Below, piece by piece: positions 1-11,363 of a stretch of 64,000 nt of DNA. The stretch is from positions 1 through 64,000 of the forward strand of contig CBFFRP010000254.1 in the NCBI GenBank assembly GCA_965644295.1. Direction: 5' to 3'. Every line of letters starts with the position of its first letter. Position 1 is the stretch's first letter. The notes beneath the pieces were generated by a model. That model was not told where the DNA came from. It worked only from the letters and a program-made list of their open reading frames with translations, and searched no databases. Origin of the DNA: Paraphysomonas bandaiensis. Its lineage: Eukaryota; Protista; Chrysophyceae. The translations under genes were made by a program, and so were the position numbers.

Positions 1-1477
1 TCGGAAACATATTTGCTCCAAACTACAAAGTATGAAATTCAAAGCTGATTTCTTGCAAAGCACACTAAGCTACCTGCCCAAAGACTCGTACAGATGGGTC
101 AGGAAAAGATGACAATATTCCACTGCCCTGTAATACCCATACATTACTATTCTAATAAGCAACACCAACAATCATACTTCGGTATCTTTAATATACAAAG
201 TTAACTCATGCAGTCTTATGCGAACGGCTCGTTTCTGAGTGGTGCGCTCCTTTATGAGCGCCCGACGAAAGTTACGAGAGCGATGAAATCTCTGCATAGT
301 AATAAGATGAATATGACTGCAGCTATATTCGAATTACATACCTGGATTGCACGAGATGCCCTGGCCATATCCAAGAACTTTATCCTGCACAATTCTTAAT
401 AGTTGACAAATTGCATGTATTTCGTACATACCTTTTAGGAACCATTCTGACTAATGACTGTATAAGAATGACAGCTTTCTATGATTCAAATATTATTCCC
501 AAGTGAAACATGTAGAATGACGGGTACACACCTTCGCGCGGTGTAGTGCAGTACAGCGCAAGTATTTACGGGTATAGAAATCGTTACTGACATTGACCTG
601 TGTATACCGTTATAATGAATTGCATTAATATCTATGAAACAACCTCATGTATGCAAAAAGGGCATACCCAGCGAATCTTACTCACTAAAGAAGGCGCTTC
701 AAGACTTTCTCCTTTTGATTTCGTTCGTCTGGATTTAGCTGGCAAATCAGAGTTAAGAACCTTTGCTACACGACGACTTTCACTCCGTGGCAATTTTGCA
801 CCAGACTCAATAATCGGTGAGCTACATTTTTCTTCGGGCTCAGGGACAATGTAGTCTTCAATATTACTGACACAGTATCTGTGAACTACTACAGGGCAAT
901 GCTGACAACATATTCGTGTTGGTCCAACAGTGACCATATTCCAGCACACCAAGCAGAAATTACTTTGCAATGTTGTATCCTAAAACAATTCGTAATTAAG
1001 GACAGCGTCATAAAACACACATCGTATACGCAATACCTTAAACGGTTTAAGTCCGTCAACCTTATACAAGATGGGCTGAACAGGTTCTTCCAAGGTGACA
1101 GCAGTAGATGCATAGTCAAGATCAGAAGTAGCCCTTTTTCGACCAGAATCAGTATTCACACGAGAATATTCAGATGCAAATCGCGTTAGCCATCCACGTG
1201 GTCTATTCTCTATATACTTCTTTTTACTGCTCCAATCAGATGCTTGAGAAGTAATAATTTCTTCCTCAGATGGGCCCTCGTCTTGTGTACTCCCACCAGT
1301 CACATCCCCATCATCAACACCATCATCTCTTATAGAATAACTATCAAGTATTTCTAAATATTTATCTCTATTTACATCATCACCAGAATTAATAGTATCT
1401 ATCATCTGCTGAATCATTCCTGTCATTCTTTGAGAATGAGCGATGGGGTCATTAACTATATTACTCCGCTTTCGCAT
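1..1477 (-). CDS. Multi-exon protein with split PHD-type zinc finger and IQ motifs; runs off the left edge
   Basis: ORFs 980-1501 and 632-970 are joined by a GT..AG intron at ~980-1038. PHD-like pattern CLVC..CQHC..HRYC..(insert)..WVCPFC. Downstream short exons read KAVILIQSLVRM and AIQRFHRSRNFRR (IQ-like). No stop before position 1. Start Met uncertain. Confidence 0.7.
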
Positions 1478-2038
1478 AGTTAATAGTCTCCCTAACGTCA
1501 ATCTACATATCTATTAATATATTCATATCGATAGCATACTAATACTATCAAGAATTATAATGATTGACTCGTTTATGAACCCTCTATGCTCACTATTTAA
1601 TACTCATGTCCATCAATGCCTATATATGCATCAGATGCGTACGACAGATCTGTGTACATGTACATGTATATAATGAAACCGAAGTAAACATTATATTAGG
1701 GATTTTTAATAAATTATGTATTTTTTTTGTATAATATACCGGATTTTATAGAACAAGAAAACCATCGCTATCGTACACTGGTTTTACCATGGGAGTGAGT
1801 GATTTGGCTGTCGTATACAGTGTACTGCAGCCTGTACAGAGCAGTCCAACTCCAGCGGAACGTCGTCGTACGGTCTACAATATACGGGCCGGTAGTGGTT
1901 CAATACAATCCCAGCCCAGTCGTTATATACATATGCATATATAGAGATGCATCTCATTTAAAATCTCCAACTTGTGAAGTGTCGTATATAGTCCTAGTTT
2001 GGATTAACTGCAATAGTTTTTGGCTACATATCGTGTAT

Positions 2039-3747
2039 ATGGATAATATTTCCTCATGGTGTACCCCAGTGATTAATTCACTTAACGTGAATAGAGTGTA
2101 TAGTCGTGTGGTATCAACAACACTGCCAGTAAACGATAATGACAGTTTAGAAATTGAGTTAAAGGTATGATAGTCTATTTTATTAGTGTTAACATGATTG
2201 TGTGTTACTGTAAGTTACTTCCATGTGCGGACATCATCCTCTCTGAGCCTCTTACTGTTACTTTTAATGTTCAAAAGGATTTCCCACAATCAGTTCCTCA
2301 TATTGTAGTTGGAAGTGTTGACGTGTTTCATAATCTTGATATCAAGTTAGTAGGGAATGAAGTTTTAATTCCATGGCTGGAGAAAACGCAATGTGAGTGA
2401 CGATGGATTAAGTATCTCTGTGTTTATGCCGATTTCGATAATGCAGATCCGCTATCTGTGTGGCTTTTCGCGATTCGACTCGCGTTACACAATACTGACT
2501 TCCATCCATGGTTTACGCCTGTTACTTTGCAACCTTCGTTTGCTATTAGAAATACCGGTGGTGTACACCAAGTACTCACAGGTCGTCAATGGAATAGGTA
2601 TGATTCCTAGCGCTGATGTATGTTGCAGGTGGAAGCGCCGGTATTAAAGGACGCCGTGCCTACATGGAAGACATATGCTTCATGTTTCCATCAATCAATG
2701 TTTCTGGGAGGTTTTGTATTTCATTATATGGTGTACTTGATGGCCATGGGGGCGATGAATGTGCGAAGTTTGTGGCAGAAGAATTACCAACTAATGTCGT
2801 ATCCATACTACGGAGTGGAGTGGATTGCGCAGAAGGCCTTTATCAAGCGTATATCAGAACTGATGATGAGTTTTGTCAAAGCACTATGTCGAAAGCTGGC
2901 TGTACATCTACTGTTATGTTGTGGAATTGGTCAACAGGCATGGCTTACGTTGCTAACTCGGGAGACACCCGGGCTGTTGTTAGTCGTCTCCGCACTGCGA
3001 TTGATATAACCAGAGATATGAAGGCCACTGATCCCATCGAAGTATCTCGAATAGCAAAAGATGGAGGTTTTGTTTCGAATGGTAGGGTTTTAGGATCTCT
3101 TGCAATTTCAAGGGCAATAGGTGATAAGCAATTAAAAGATACTAATAGTAAAGCGGTCATATGCAATCCTGAAGTAACCACATTTCAGTTTCAAAATGAT
3201 GACGAATTTGTTTTGATGGCAACGGATGGTTTGTGGGATGTTATGTCTTCCCAGGTGAGTAAGTTATGCGTGATCCTAACGCGTACCTAATTCATTGCCT
3301 TGACTGGACAGCAAGCTGTTGATATGGTTCATGAGAAGTTATCAGAATGTAATTTGCAGTTAAATAGTGGTACGATGCCGTGAATGATTTTTATATATCT
3401 CAAGTTGTATTATATTAGGATCTGATTTCAATGAGAAACGATGTCAAACTGAGCTGGATAGAATATCTGTGGAACTAGCGAATTATGCATGCGACACTCT
3501 TAATAGTTCAGATAATATCTCAGTGTCAATCATTTTTGTGCGCCACATGAGTTCTGGACATAGAACTTCTGGGGAATACGTACGTGAGACATTTGTATCT
3601 CACGTTCCAGCTTCAGCTTCTCGGTCTGAAAGCAGCAGTAATAGAATTGCGAAGGAAATCGATGAAAAACCGAATGCTGATGCTAAAGTAGATTGCGACG
3701 ACGATGACGAGATTATGAAGTTTCTAATGGACGATTCAAACTTTTGA
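2039..3747 (+). CDS. PP2C (PPM) protein phosphatase with N-terminal UBC/UEV-like region, multi-exon
   Basis: PP2C motifs GRRAYMED, LDGHGG, VANSGDTRAV, LAISRAIGD, MATDGLWDV, SSDNISV. Upstream exons (2039-2164, 2215-2392, 2447-~2560) are linked by short GT..AG introns; the last junction is uncertain. Confidence 0.85.
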
Positions 3748-4100
3748 TGTTGTAAGAGCGTGCGAGTAGCTTTGGTGTTATGTAGTAATATAGAGTTATA
3801 GCAAGATAAATGAACGAATTATTTAGTAAATTCGACTTGAATATTGAATAGAGGTATGGTTTTCCTTGTTTACAGAAAATGCCATGCGAGGACGAAATAT
3901 GTATTTTACATGCTTATGGGGGAACTTATTCAAGTGTAATTATTTGTCCTTCTCATAGAAATATAATATATGTCTTGTAGCTCATTTTTACTGACAGTGA
4001 TGAATCCCAAACAACGAAAAAACACAGTTACCAGAGGTTTCAGGTCTAAAGTGGGCATACTAGCCTAAATCCTAAATCGGATTTAGTTAGGGCCAGTCAA

Positions 4101-4393
4101 TAACAGAAGTTGACATTATTTGCTAAGGTTTACTATTCTCAACTGATAAGATGAAATTATAAACATTACATGATAAAGAACCTAAGTTGTGTTCGATGTG
4201 TTCAACACCATTCATTTACTACTATAGTGTACAAACCACCCACTCAGTGATCGTATCCTGTATAGTCATCCACTTCTACTTCAGTTTCATACTACATAAT
4301 ATAATGTACTAATTACATATATATCTTTCGATCCTTGCATCTCACATAATACTGCACTCAATTGCAAGTATATAGAATCTTCAGATCTCAACA
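4101..4393 (-). repeat. 3' LTR of copia element
   Basis: Direct repeat of 9102-9394; begins TGTTGAG and ends TTCTGTTA on the minus strand. Confidence 0.97.
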
Positions 4394-4405
4394 CTCCCCC
4401 TCAAT
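4394..4405 (-). other. Polypurine tract (plus-strand primer)
   Basis: Minus strand TTGAGGGGGAG directly precedes the TG of the 3' LTR. Confidence 0.9.
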
Positions 4406-4519
4406 TGAGTGTTGTACTATGACGCCTCCCAGCTATTGAATGCCTGAGATAAAAAAAAATTCTTGACAGTAAAATAGACTCATCTCTAAGTCTAAACCTC
4501 TGTCTAAAAAACTCAGTAC

Positions 4520-6913
4520 CTACTTGCGCCTTCTTTTATCCCTTGGTCCCTCATTAATCACTTCAGTGGAACTCTTAACTTTCTCTCCAAGATTTCTCTT
4601 TCTCTGCTCCATATATGATAAACCAACCAATGACTTTGTATAAATATCTGCTGCTTGTTGCGATGTATGCACATGCACTAACTTAATCGTATTGAACTGA
4701 TTGGGATCCACGTGCTCTCTCACCATGTGATACTTAATCTCAATGTGCTTCGACTTCTTGTGAAACACTGGGTTTTCGGCCAAATCCTGGGCACTCTGAC
4801 TGTCGATGAAGAATGGTGTGGGTTTGATGAGCCTCAACTTAATCTCACCCGTCACCCCCCGAACCCATAGCACTTCTTGGAGACCCGAGTAAATACACTG
4901 ATACTCAGACTGCATGCTTGACGTTGCCACTGTCGTCTGCAGTTTGGACTGCCAGACTATAGGCCCTCCCGCTGCAAACCCAACGTACCCCGACGTGGAC
5001 TTCCTGGAGAGCTGATCTCCCGCCCAATCCGCGTCAGTAAACATATGGAAGTCGAACCGTCTACTCCCATATTGAATCCCTTTGTCAATAGAACCACGAA
5101 TATATTGCCATACATGTGTTAATAGCTTGCATACTTCAATATTCACCTTATTACTGAACCGAGACAGTACTCCCACTGCATAGGCTATATCCGGCCTCGT
5201 GTTCATCGATAGATATAGTAATGCACCTATCAGCGGCCGATATGGGAAGTTATCTACTATAAGCTGTTCCTCCTCGGTATGCTCATGCCGCGCCCCTTTT
5301 GCCACTAAATCCATTGCTTCCGCCGGTAGAGGACTCTTCCGTACCTTTCGCGGTGGCCCAAGATACTTTTCAAACTTTTCTAAGATCTTAGCCGCATATA
5401 CTGATTGGTCAAGACGAATATACTCTGGCGTTCTTGTGACTCGAACATTCAGAAAATGTTCCATCTCGCCCATATCCTTCATATCAAACCGGGCACACAG
5501 TTGAGCTTTAATATCCTTCACTATGTTGACATCACGACCTAACACTAGGATATCATCCACATATATCGTTAATAATATCAATTCATCGCCCTTATACTGA
5601 TAATACAAACACGGGTCTAATACACATGGTTTAAAATGCATAGATCGTATGAATTTATCCAATGTTTTCCACCACGACCGCGGGGAACTCCGAAGCCCGT
5701 ATAACGACTTCTTCAACTTAAAGCAGTACCCCTCAGGCAGCTGAAAGTCCGGAGTTGCCTTCATATATACATCCCCCTCTATATCTGCATATAGAAATGC
5801 GTTAGACACATCCAGTTGATGAATTACCATGTTCATCACGAAAGCTATGGCGATTAACAGTCGCACTGTTACCCCCTTAACAACGGGTGCGAAATGGTTC
5901 GCCCAACCACTCGACTGCTGTCCACAACCGATTGCTACAAGACGAGCCTTATATCGGCGGACCTCTCCCTCCTTATCGTACTTCTTTCCATAGACGTACT
6001 TGGAGTGCAGTGGGACGACTCCGTCCGGTATACGAGTCACCTCCATGGTATCTCGCTTCGCCAAACCCTCTCGCTCTACACGGCGAGCTCGTCTCCACTC
6101 CCTGTGCTCGGCACTCTCCAAGGACTCACGATGTGTCTGAGGCACTGTCGACTCTTCCGCTGACATCCACACTGAGTCTGCCTCCTGTAAAAGGTCACTC
6201 ACATCACTCTCATCACTCAAATGATGGATTTGTCCTAACACCGACACATTCGTTACCGTCCTTGGAGTTCTTGCGCGTTTGCCGTGCGGATGATTCTCGG
6301 CAGGGGTCCCTTCCCCCGAAGGTAATGCTGAGTCAGCCTGGGGCTGCACCTGCCCACTTTCCGACTGCTGTGGCACCACTCCGCTGATACCGCCGTCACG
6401 GTTGTCAGTAACTCTGGCCCTAACCACCCTCTGCGCAAGATCCTCTGTCATCTTCTTGATGTCAGCAATATGAATAGGAGTTTTATCCTCCACTTGAACC
6501 TGGTTACCAGTAACCAACGACCGGTATCCCACAATAAGTCCCTTCCTTATCACCACTCTGTTAGTCTTGTATAGCAGACCACCATCCTCATGGTGCTTTC
6601 CGATAAGATACTCAAACTCACCCGGTTGACGAACCTCGGGATCTATAGCCACTTGAGCCTCCTCCAGCTCTCTATAATAATCCTGAGACCTCTCAGGTAC
6701 CGATTCATCAAATAATACATGTACAGAGTGTACTACGGTGTCCCCCACTAGCACCTTGTATCCTTTTCGATCAGCTGGATACCCTATGAAATAACCTGTC
6801 ATTGCTTTGTCCTCCCAGTCCTTCCTCCTGTCGGCCTTGGGTGTTAGCACATATGCTTTGCACCCCCATTTCCGTAGCCACGATAGGCTGGGAACGCTCC
6901 CCCTGGGACACAC
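4520..6913 (-). CDS. Copia Pol C-terminal part: integrase C-terminus/SH3, reverse transcriptase, RNase H
   Basis: WGCKAYV, GYFIGY, YKARLVAIG, QLDVSNAFL, LKKSLYGLRSSPRSW, IYVDDIL, FTDADWAGD, SKHIEIKYH, ADIYTK. Confidence 0.97.
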   Translation of the reverse strand: MCPRGSVPSLSWLRKWGCKAYVLTPKADRRKDWEDKAMTGYFIGYPADRKGYKVLVGDTVVHSVHVLFDESVPERSQDYYRELEEAQVAIDPEVRQPGEFEYLIGKHHEDGGLLYKTNRVVIRKGLIVGYRSLVTGNQVQVEDKTPIHIADIKKMTEDLAQRVVRARVTDNRDGGISGVVPQQSESGQVQPQADSALPSGEGTPAENHPHGKRARTPRTVTNVSVLGQIHHLSDESDVSDLLQEADSVWMSAEESTVPQTHRESLESAEHREWRRARRVEREGLAKRDTMEVTRIPDGVVPLHSKYVYGKKYDKEGEVRRYKARLVAIGCGQQSSGWANHFAPVVKGVTVRLLIAIAFVMNMVIHQLDVSNAFLYADIEGDVYMKATPDFQLPEGYCFKLKKSLYGLRSSPRSWWKTLDKFIRSMHFKPCVLDPCLYYQYKGDELILLTIYVDDILVLGRDVNIVKDIKAQLCARFDMKDMGEMEHFLNVRVTRTPEYIRLDQSVYAAKILEKFEKYLGPPRKVRKSPLPAEAMDLVAKGARHEHTEEEQLIVDNFPYRPLIGALLYLSMNTRPDIAYAVGVLSRFSNKVNIEVCKLLTHVWQYIRGSIDKGIQYGSRRFDFHMFTDADWAGDQLSRKSTSGYVGFAAGGPIVWQSKLQTTVATSSMQSEYQCIYSGLQEVLWVRGVTGEIKLRLIKPTPFFIDSQSAQDLAENPVFHKKSKHIEIKYHMVREHVDPNQFNTIKLVHVHTSQQAADIYTKSLVGLSYMEQRKRNLGEKVKSSTEVINEGPRDKRRRK

Positions 6914-9117
6914 TCATATGGAGACATCCATCCTTGCCACGTCCGAGTTGGCATTCGTCGCACAATGTAACATGCAGTTTGATAAGCATCAAACCAGAAC
7001 GACTTTGGAAGTCCAGATGCCGTCAACATCGTCAGTGTCATCTCCCCAATTGTTCGGAATTTCCTCTCAGACACCGCGTTGAGCTCTGGCGTGTCTCGTG
7101 TTGTATGTGACACCCGAGTCCCATATCGCTGCAACAGATACTCTCTTATCTGCTGACTAATAAGTTCGGATCCTCCATCGGCATGATACTCCACTATACG
7201 GTTCCACCCCTCGTACTTCACTAAGTGGACCTCGCACAAGTGTCGTAGACATTTGAACACCTCCTCTCCGCTTCGAGTCCTCAATCCATATTCCCATATC
7301 ATCTTTGTTGCTAAGTCCGTAAATAGGAGTACGTACTTATACCCTTGTCTGGATTCACAATTTAGGTAGACTGAGATGTCCGCTGTCACTCGTTCCAGAA
7401 ACCTGACTGCGCTTAGCTCTTCGTTGTCCCGTGATTTGAACGAATGCCTGGTTATCTTCGCCTTGGCACACCATTTACACAGGGGTTTCTTGCAACTCTT
7501 CTCCTTTGCCTTCGAAAGGTGATGTCGTTGTAGTCCTGATCCTCTGAATAACATGTGTCGGTGAGCTTCTAATAACTTCGATTTCGAGACATGTCCAGTA
7601 CGCTCATGTAAGCGATCCAACGCATCTTGTCCTGTATTATCCGACAAATTTACCTCCTCCATCTGATTGCACATAGACACATTTGGCAGATTTAACACCT
7701 CCATCAAGTCCACATACGGCATCCCTCCATGCTCATCGTACTCTCCAGTCAACACCTCGTTTCCAGAGTCCAATTCCACGATTTTAGGCTTTCGAAGCAG
7801 TTGTAATCCGTATCCCATTGATCTCAGCATTCCTCCTGACACAATGTTCTTCACCGCTTCTTCACTAACTCTGATGTCTCTCCATTCCCCGAATGTACCA
7901 GTTCCCTGTGTCTCCAATTGAGAACCCTTTCTAGTTAGTTGGATTGCCCCAAACTCAGGAGTAAATGACTCCAGTGCAATTTTATCCTTTACTATAAACA
8001 GTCTTTTACTTGCACAACTGTCCAGATATACACGAGGTTCTTCCGACGTATCCACCGATAGCAAAACCTCTTCTCCAAACATATTCGCTTCATCATCCGA
8101 CGACTCTCCGTCGTTGACGTATTTCTTCCATTCTGTCTCGAATTTCCTGTTCGATTTTCGAGGATTCTCATTATCCGGGTTTTTTATGTTCTTCCGTTTT
8201 TTCGACTTGCACTGTCGGGCTTTATGACTAAAATCTCCACAGATATGACAACCAGTATAATCCTTTGACCCTGGCTGCTGCACACTCTTCGAAGCCTTTT
8301 CCTTTGTCTTCCCTTTTCTTTTGAACTTGTCCATTTTTCTTTGTCGTTCCTTAGCATAACAATTCGCTGCTACATGTCCCTTCTTCCGACAAAATGAACA
8401 AACCACTGGTTCCTTCGACGCCGTAAAATTGATCTCTTCAGATTTGTCTCCCTTTAGTTTCTTCAGCTGCGTCATAGCCTCGTCATACTCTTCACAAGCC
8501 TCTTTCACCGAATCAAATGTAGTTGTTGCTTTAGGCATCATCGCTACCGACATCCATAAATCATGTAATTCCTCTATCTGCAGCGCTGCTTTTATCTTTG
8601 CTAATTTACTTGCCTCTGTCTGCGGTTGTCCCAATTTTATGAGCTTCTGGATTATACCGTTCAGTCGATCTACCCCAACAGACACCTTTTCCCCCGGCCT
8701 TATTTTGAACGAATGGTATTCTGCCGTAGTCTTCTCCAATACAGTCCCAATCTCGCCTCTGAACCTATCAACCAGTGTCTGAAGGAGCTCACTGGATAAC
8801 ACCTCCTTAGCAGGATCATCAGCAGGTAAAATTGCCTTCCCCTCCAAATATTGATTGGCTACCTCCAACACATCAGGGTCATGCTCGCAAGCCTCCCAAA
8901 TAGTACTAACACAGGTATCATTACGCTCTCTCCATGACTCTAAATTCCTTCCTCCGGCTGGCGGGTCCTCCAAGCCAAGATGGTTTCGGTTTTTCTTCAT
9001 TAGATGCATCTTGATTTTTCTCGCTGAATAGTCTGCTTGGTTCTTGTCAAACCGTAGCTTCTTGTCATCTTCCCCATCCCTACAACTAGCATTCGCTACC
9101 ATAACAGAAGTTGACAT
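6844..9117 (-). CDS. Copia Gag-protease-integrase part; one frameshift separates it from the downstream ORF
   Basis: Two CCHC knuckles (CSFCRKKGHVAANC, CHICGDFSHKARQC), protease YLDSCAS, integrase zinc-binding LHERTGH..CKWC, and core ADIS..HADGG..NAVSERK. Confidence 0.95.
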   Translation of the reverse strand: MSTSVMVANASCRDGEDDKKLRFDKNQADYSARKIKMHLMKKNRNHLGLEDPPAGGRNLESWRERNDTCVSTIWEACEHDPDVLEVANQYLEGKAILPADDPAKEVLSSELLQTLVDRFRGEIGTVLEKTTAEYHSFKIRPGEKVSVGVDRLNGIIQKLIKLGQPQTEASKLAKIKAALQIEELHDLWMSVAMMPKATTTFDSVKEACEEYDEAMTQLKKLKGDKSEEINFTASKEPVVCSFCRKKGHVAANCYAKERQRKMDKFKRKGKTKEKASKSVQQPGSKDYTGCHICGDFSHKARQCKSKKRKNIKNPDNENPRKSNRKFETEWKKYVNDGESSDDEANMFGEEVLLSVDTSEEPRVYLDSCASKRLFIVKDKIALESFTPEFGAIQLTRKGSQLETQGTGTFGEWRDIRVSEEAVKNIVSGGMLRSMGYGLQLLRKPKIVELDSGNEVLTGEYDEHGGMPYVDLMEVLNLPNVSMCNQMEEVNLSDNTGQDALDRLHERTGHVSKSKLLEAHRHMLFRGSGLQRHHLSKAKEKSCKKPLCKWCAKAKITRHSFKSRDNEELSAVRFLERVTADISVYLNCESRQGYKYVLLFTDLATKMIWEYGLRTRSGEEVFKCLRHLCEVHLVKYEGWNRIVEYHADGGSELISQQIREYLLQRYGTRVSHTTRDTPELNAVSERKFRTIGEMTLTMLTASGLPKSFWFDAYQTACYIVRRMPTRTWQGWMSPYECVPGGAFPAYRGYGNGGAKHMC
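9089..9101 (-). other. Primer binding site, probably initiator tRNA-Met type
   Basis: TGGTAGCGAATGC directly after the 5' LTR. TGGTAGC matches the 3' end pattern of eukaryotic initiator tRNA (A1:U72 pair). tRNA identity is inferred. Confidence 0.7.
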
Positions 9118-9394
9118 TATTTGCTAAGGTTTACTATTCTCAACTGATAAGATGAAATTATAAACATTACATGATAAAGAACCTAAGTTGTGTTCGATGT
9201 GTTCAACACCATTCATTTACTACTATAGTGTACAAACCACCCACTCAGTGATCGTATCCTGTATAGTCATCCACTTCTACTTCAGTTTCATACTACATAA
9301 TATAATGTACTAATTACATATATATCTTTCGATCCTTGCATCTCACATAATACTGCACTCAATTGCAAGTATATAGAATCTTCAGATCTCAACA
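9102..9394 (-). repeat. 5' LTR of copia element
   Basis: No differences from 4101-4393 found by eye. Confidence 0.97.
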
Positions 9395-9625
9395 GTCAAC
9401 AATATACTGCAAGCATAAATAAAAACAATAATAATGTATTTAAGACCAATAATAATTATTAAATATGTTGCAATAATATATTGGTATATATTGGGCGCTG
9501 AGAAGAATAAACGAGATCGATCGGTATTAACTAGTTACACGTAGAGGTTACAACAACATTACTAGTACTCTAAGTGTTCCAACTCTTTGTCACTGTCGTA
9601 CTCACTCTTATAATCAGACAGTCCA

Positions 9626-10500
9626 TCATCGATGACCTGTTGCACTGTCTTTGCGGTCCACAAGTGCTTGTTGACGCGAAGTAACAGCAGCAGTTCGAGG
9701 CGTCATGTGGGGCATTCCTTGTCGCAAGTGTGTCATGATACACTTGGCTCTGCTGAACAAACGCTCCACAACGTTTGTTGTACTATATATGTGCTTGATC
9801 GATCGGTATTGGGTGTCAAGCTGTCGTCTTAACTTCTTGCTGGCTCTATGACTTTCAAAAGCAGCAGCAGCGCGCTTCTTACAGTTATTTGTCACTTCGA
9901 CGGCCCTATCCAGTGAATCAGCTTCTTCTGCATTCATTCGAAATCTCACAACAGCTGTTCTCTCTTGACGAGTTAGAGGTTCCTCGTATCCATTCTGAAC
10001 CTTCACAATAGCTTTCGAAGGTAGGGTTTTGAACAATAACAGCATCTACGGAGAGGTGGGATGCTGTGAAAGGGAATTTTTCAATGAGCAGATCAAACTG
10101 ATGACAAACCTCACTTATGTCTAACTGCAGCTCACCTTCTTCTTGTAGCAACATATAGACACACTGTTAAATTCCTTCAATTATTCTCGCAGCTGCAAAA
10201 TTTGTAAATGCTCCGCTCTCTAATAGGGATCAGCAGCAAAACTTCATACTTCAGCAGCAATCCAAGTTGTAGGCGGACAGCTTTTCTTCAATGTCTACGT
10301 CGTAGCGATTCACCATATAGCAAATACAGAAGCCCATTTTATGCTGCTGAGAAGTGCCCCCTCGGTCCCTCTTTTCCTTAGTTTACTGCTGCTCTTGAGT
10401 GTTCTCAAAGCTTTTTAGAAAGAGTTGATGAGTCCTTGGTAATGAGTTTCAATGAAAGTAATCACTGCTAGATGCAGCTTGTGTGAAGTACAACAAACGT
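9626..10500 (-). pseudogene. hAT transposase remnant
   Basis: CTSHKLHLAV (CxxH motif, ~10465-10495), IKWAS (degenerate TRW-S) and STTNVVERLFSRAK (C-terminal dimerisation motif), broken by frameshifts and stops. Confidence 0.85.
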
Positions 10501-11363
10501 TTCTTCGCCTGTTCACATACATATTATATTATATTGTACGTAGTAAATATGACGGCCGAATAGTTTGGAATGGAATAATAGTTTAGTAGAAAAGGTTGAG
10601 CGGATATGACGAACATTATACTGGCATCTTGCTTATTGACTGTTTAGGCTGGCATTCTATTATAGATTATAAGAAAAGCACATTTGTATCTTTGTATGAG
10701 GATGACAGAATCAATTTAAGCAGTTTGGAATCTTACTATTTGGTGAATAGCTTGACAGAGACAGACAGTACGATTTGTAATATTGAACATGAATTGTGTT
10801 CTTTGTTGCAGGTAGTTACCAGTTACCATAAATGTTCGATGATATAATAGTAGATGAGTTATGTGATTATGAAGAGTCGTTTATGATTAATCAAGTATAT
10901 TTTCTAAGACACATAAGCATGAGCAATATACATCAACACATTGCAATATATTGCGAGGCCAAATTTTGCTAAAATAAAAATCAATATATTGTAGTAAGCA
11001 AGAGTAAAAAAATTGCAATATTTATATTGCATTCCAATATATTTTTGACTGGCCCTGGATTTAGTAAGTCCTGTATAAACATATTAGGCATTACCGTTTG
11101 TCTATTATTATTGGTAAGACATTAGCGTTTACCATAGAAGCGAATCGTCAAAGGTCACACTTTAGTATATAATATAGTATATAACTATATATGCCGTATG
11201 GTACCATATTCATATTGTTGACATATATTCAACTCCACACAAAAGTTACGATAATATTGTGCGCAGAATGGTGTATATTCTTAATTATTCCCTCACGACA
11301 TGAAACAATAGCAATATCAAAAAGAATTTACGCGGACCAACTAAAACATTTTCTGTAGACATT

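Larger units (their letters stand above)
4101..9394 (-). mobile_element. Full-length Ty1/copia LTR retrotransposon
   Basis: Two 293-bp LTRs (4101-4393, 9102-9394). 5-bp TSD GTCAA (4096-4100, 9395-9399). PBS TGGTAGCGAATG next to the 5' LTR and PPT GAGGGGGAG next to the 3' LTR. Domain order gag-PR-IN-RT-RH. Confidence 0.98.
4088..11057 (-). mobile_element. Degenerate hAT-family DNA transposon (~1.7 kb of own sequence), interrupted by a copia insertion in its left TIR
   Basis: Left TIR TAGGGCCAGTCAA|CAATATACTG (split by the copia) versus reverse complement of the right end CAGGGCCAGTCAAAAATATATTG. 8-bp TSD GATTTAGT at 4080-4087 and 11058-11065. Transposase remnants lie inside. Confidence 0.9.

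Noticed and set aside
5199-8782. Plus-strand ORFs antisense to the copia polyprotein (and similar shadow ORFs over host genes)
   Set aside because: Expected by-products of long coding frames; no independent motifs.
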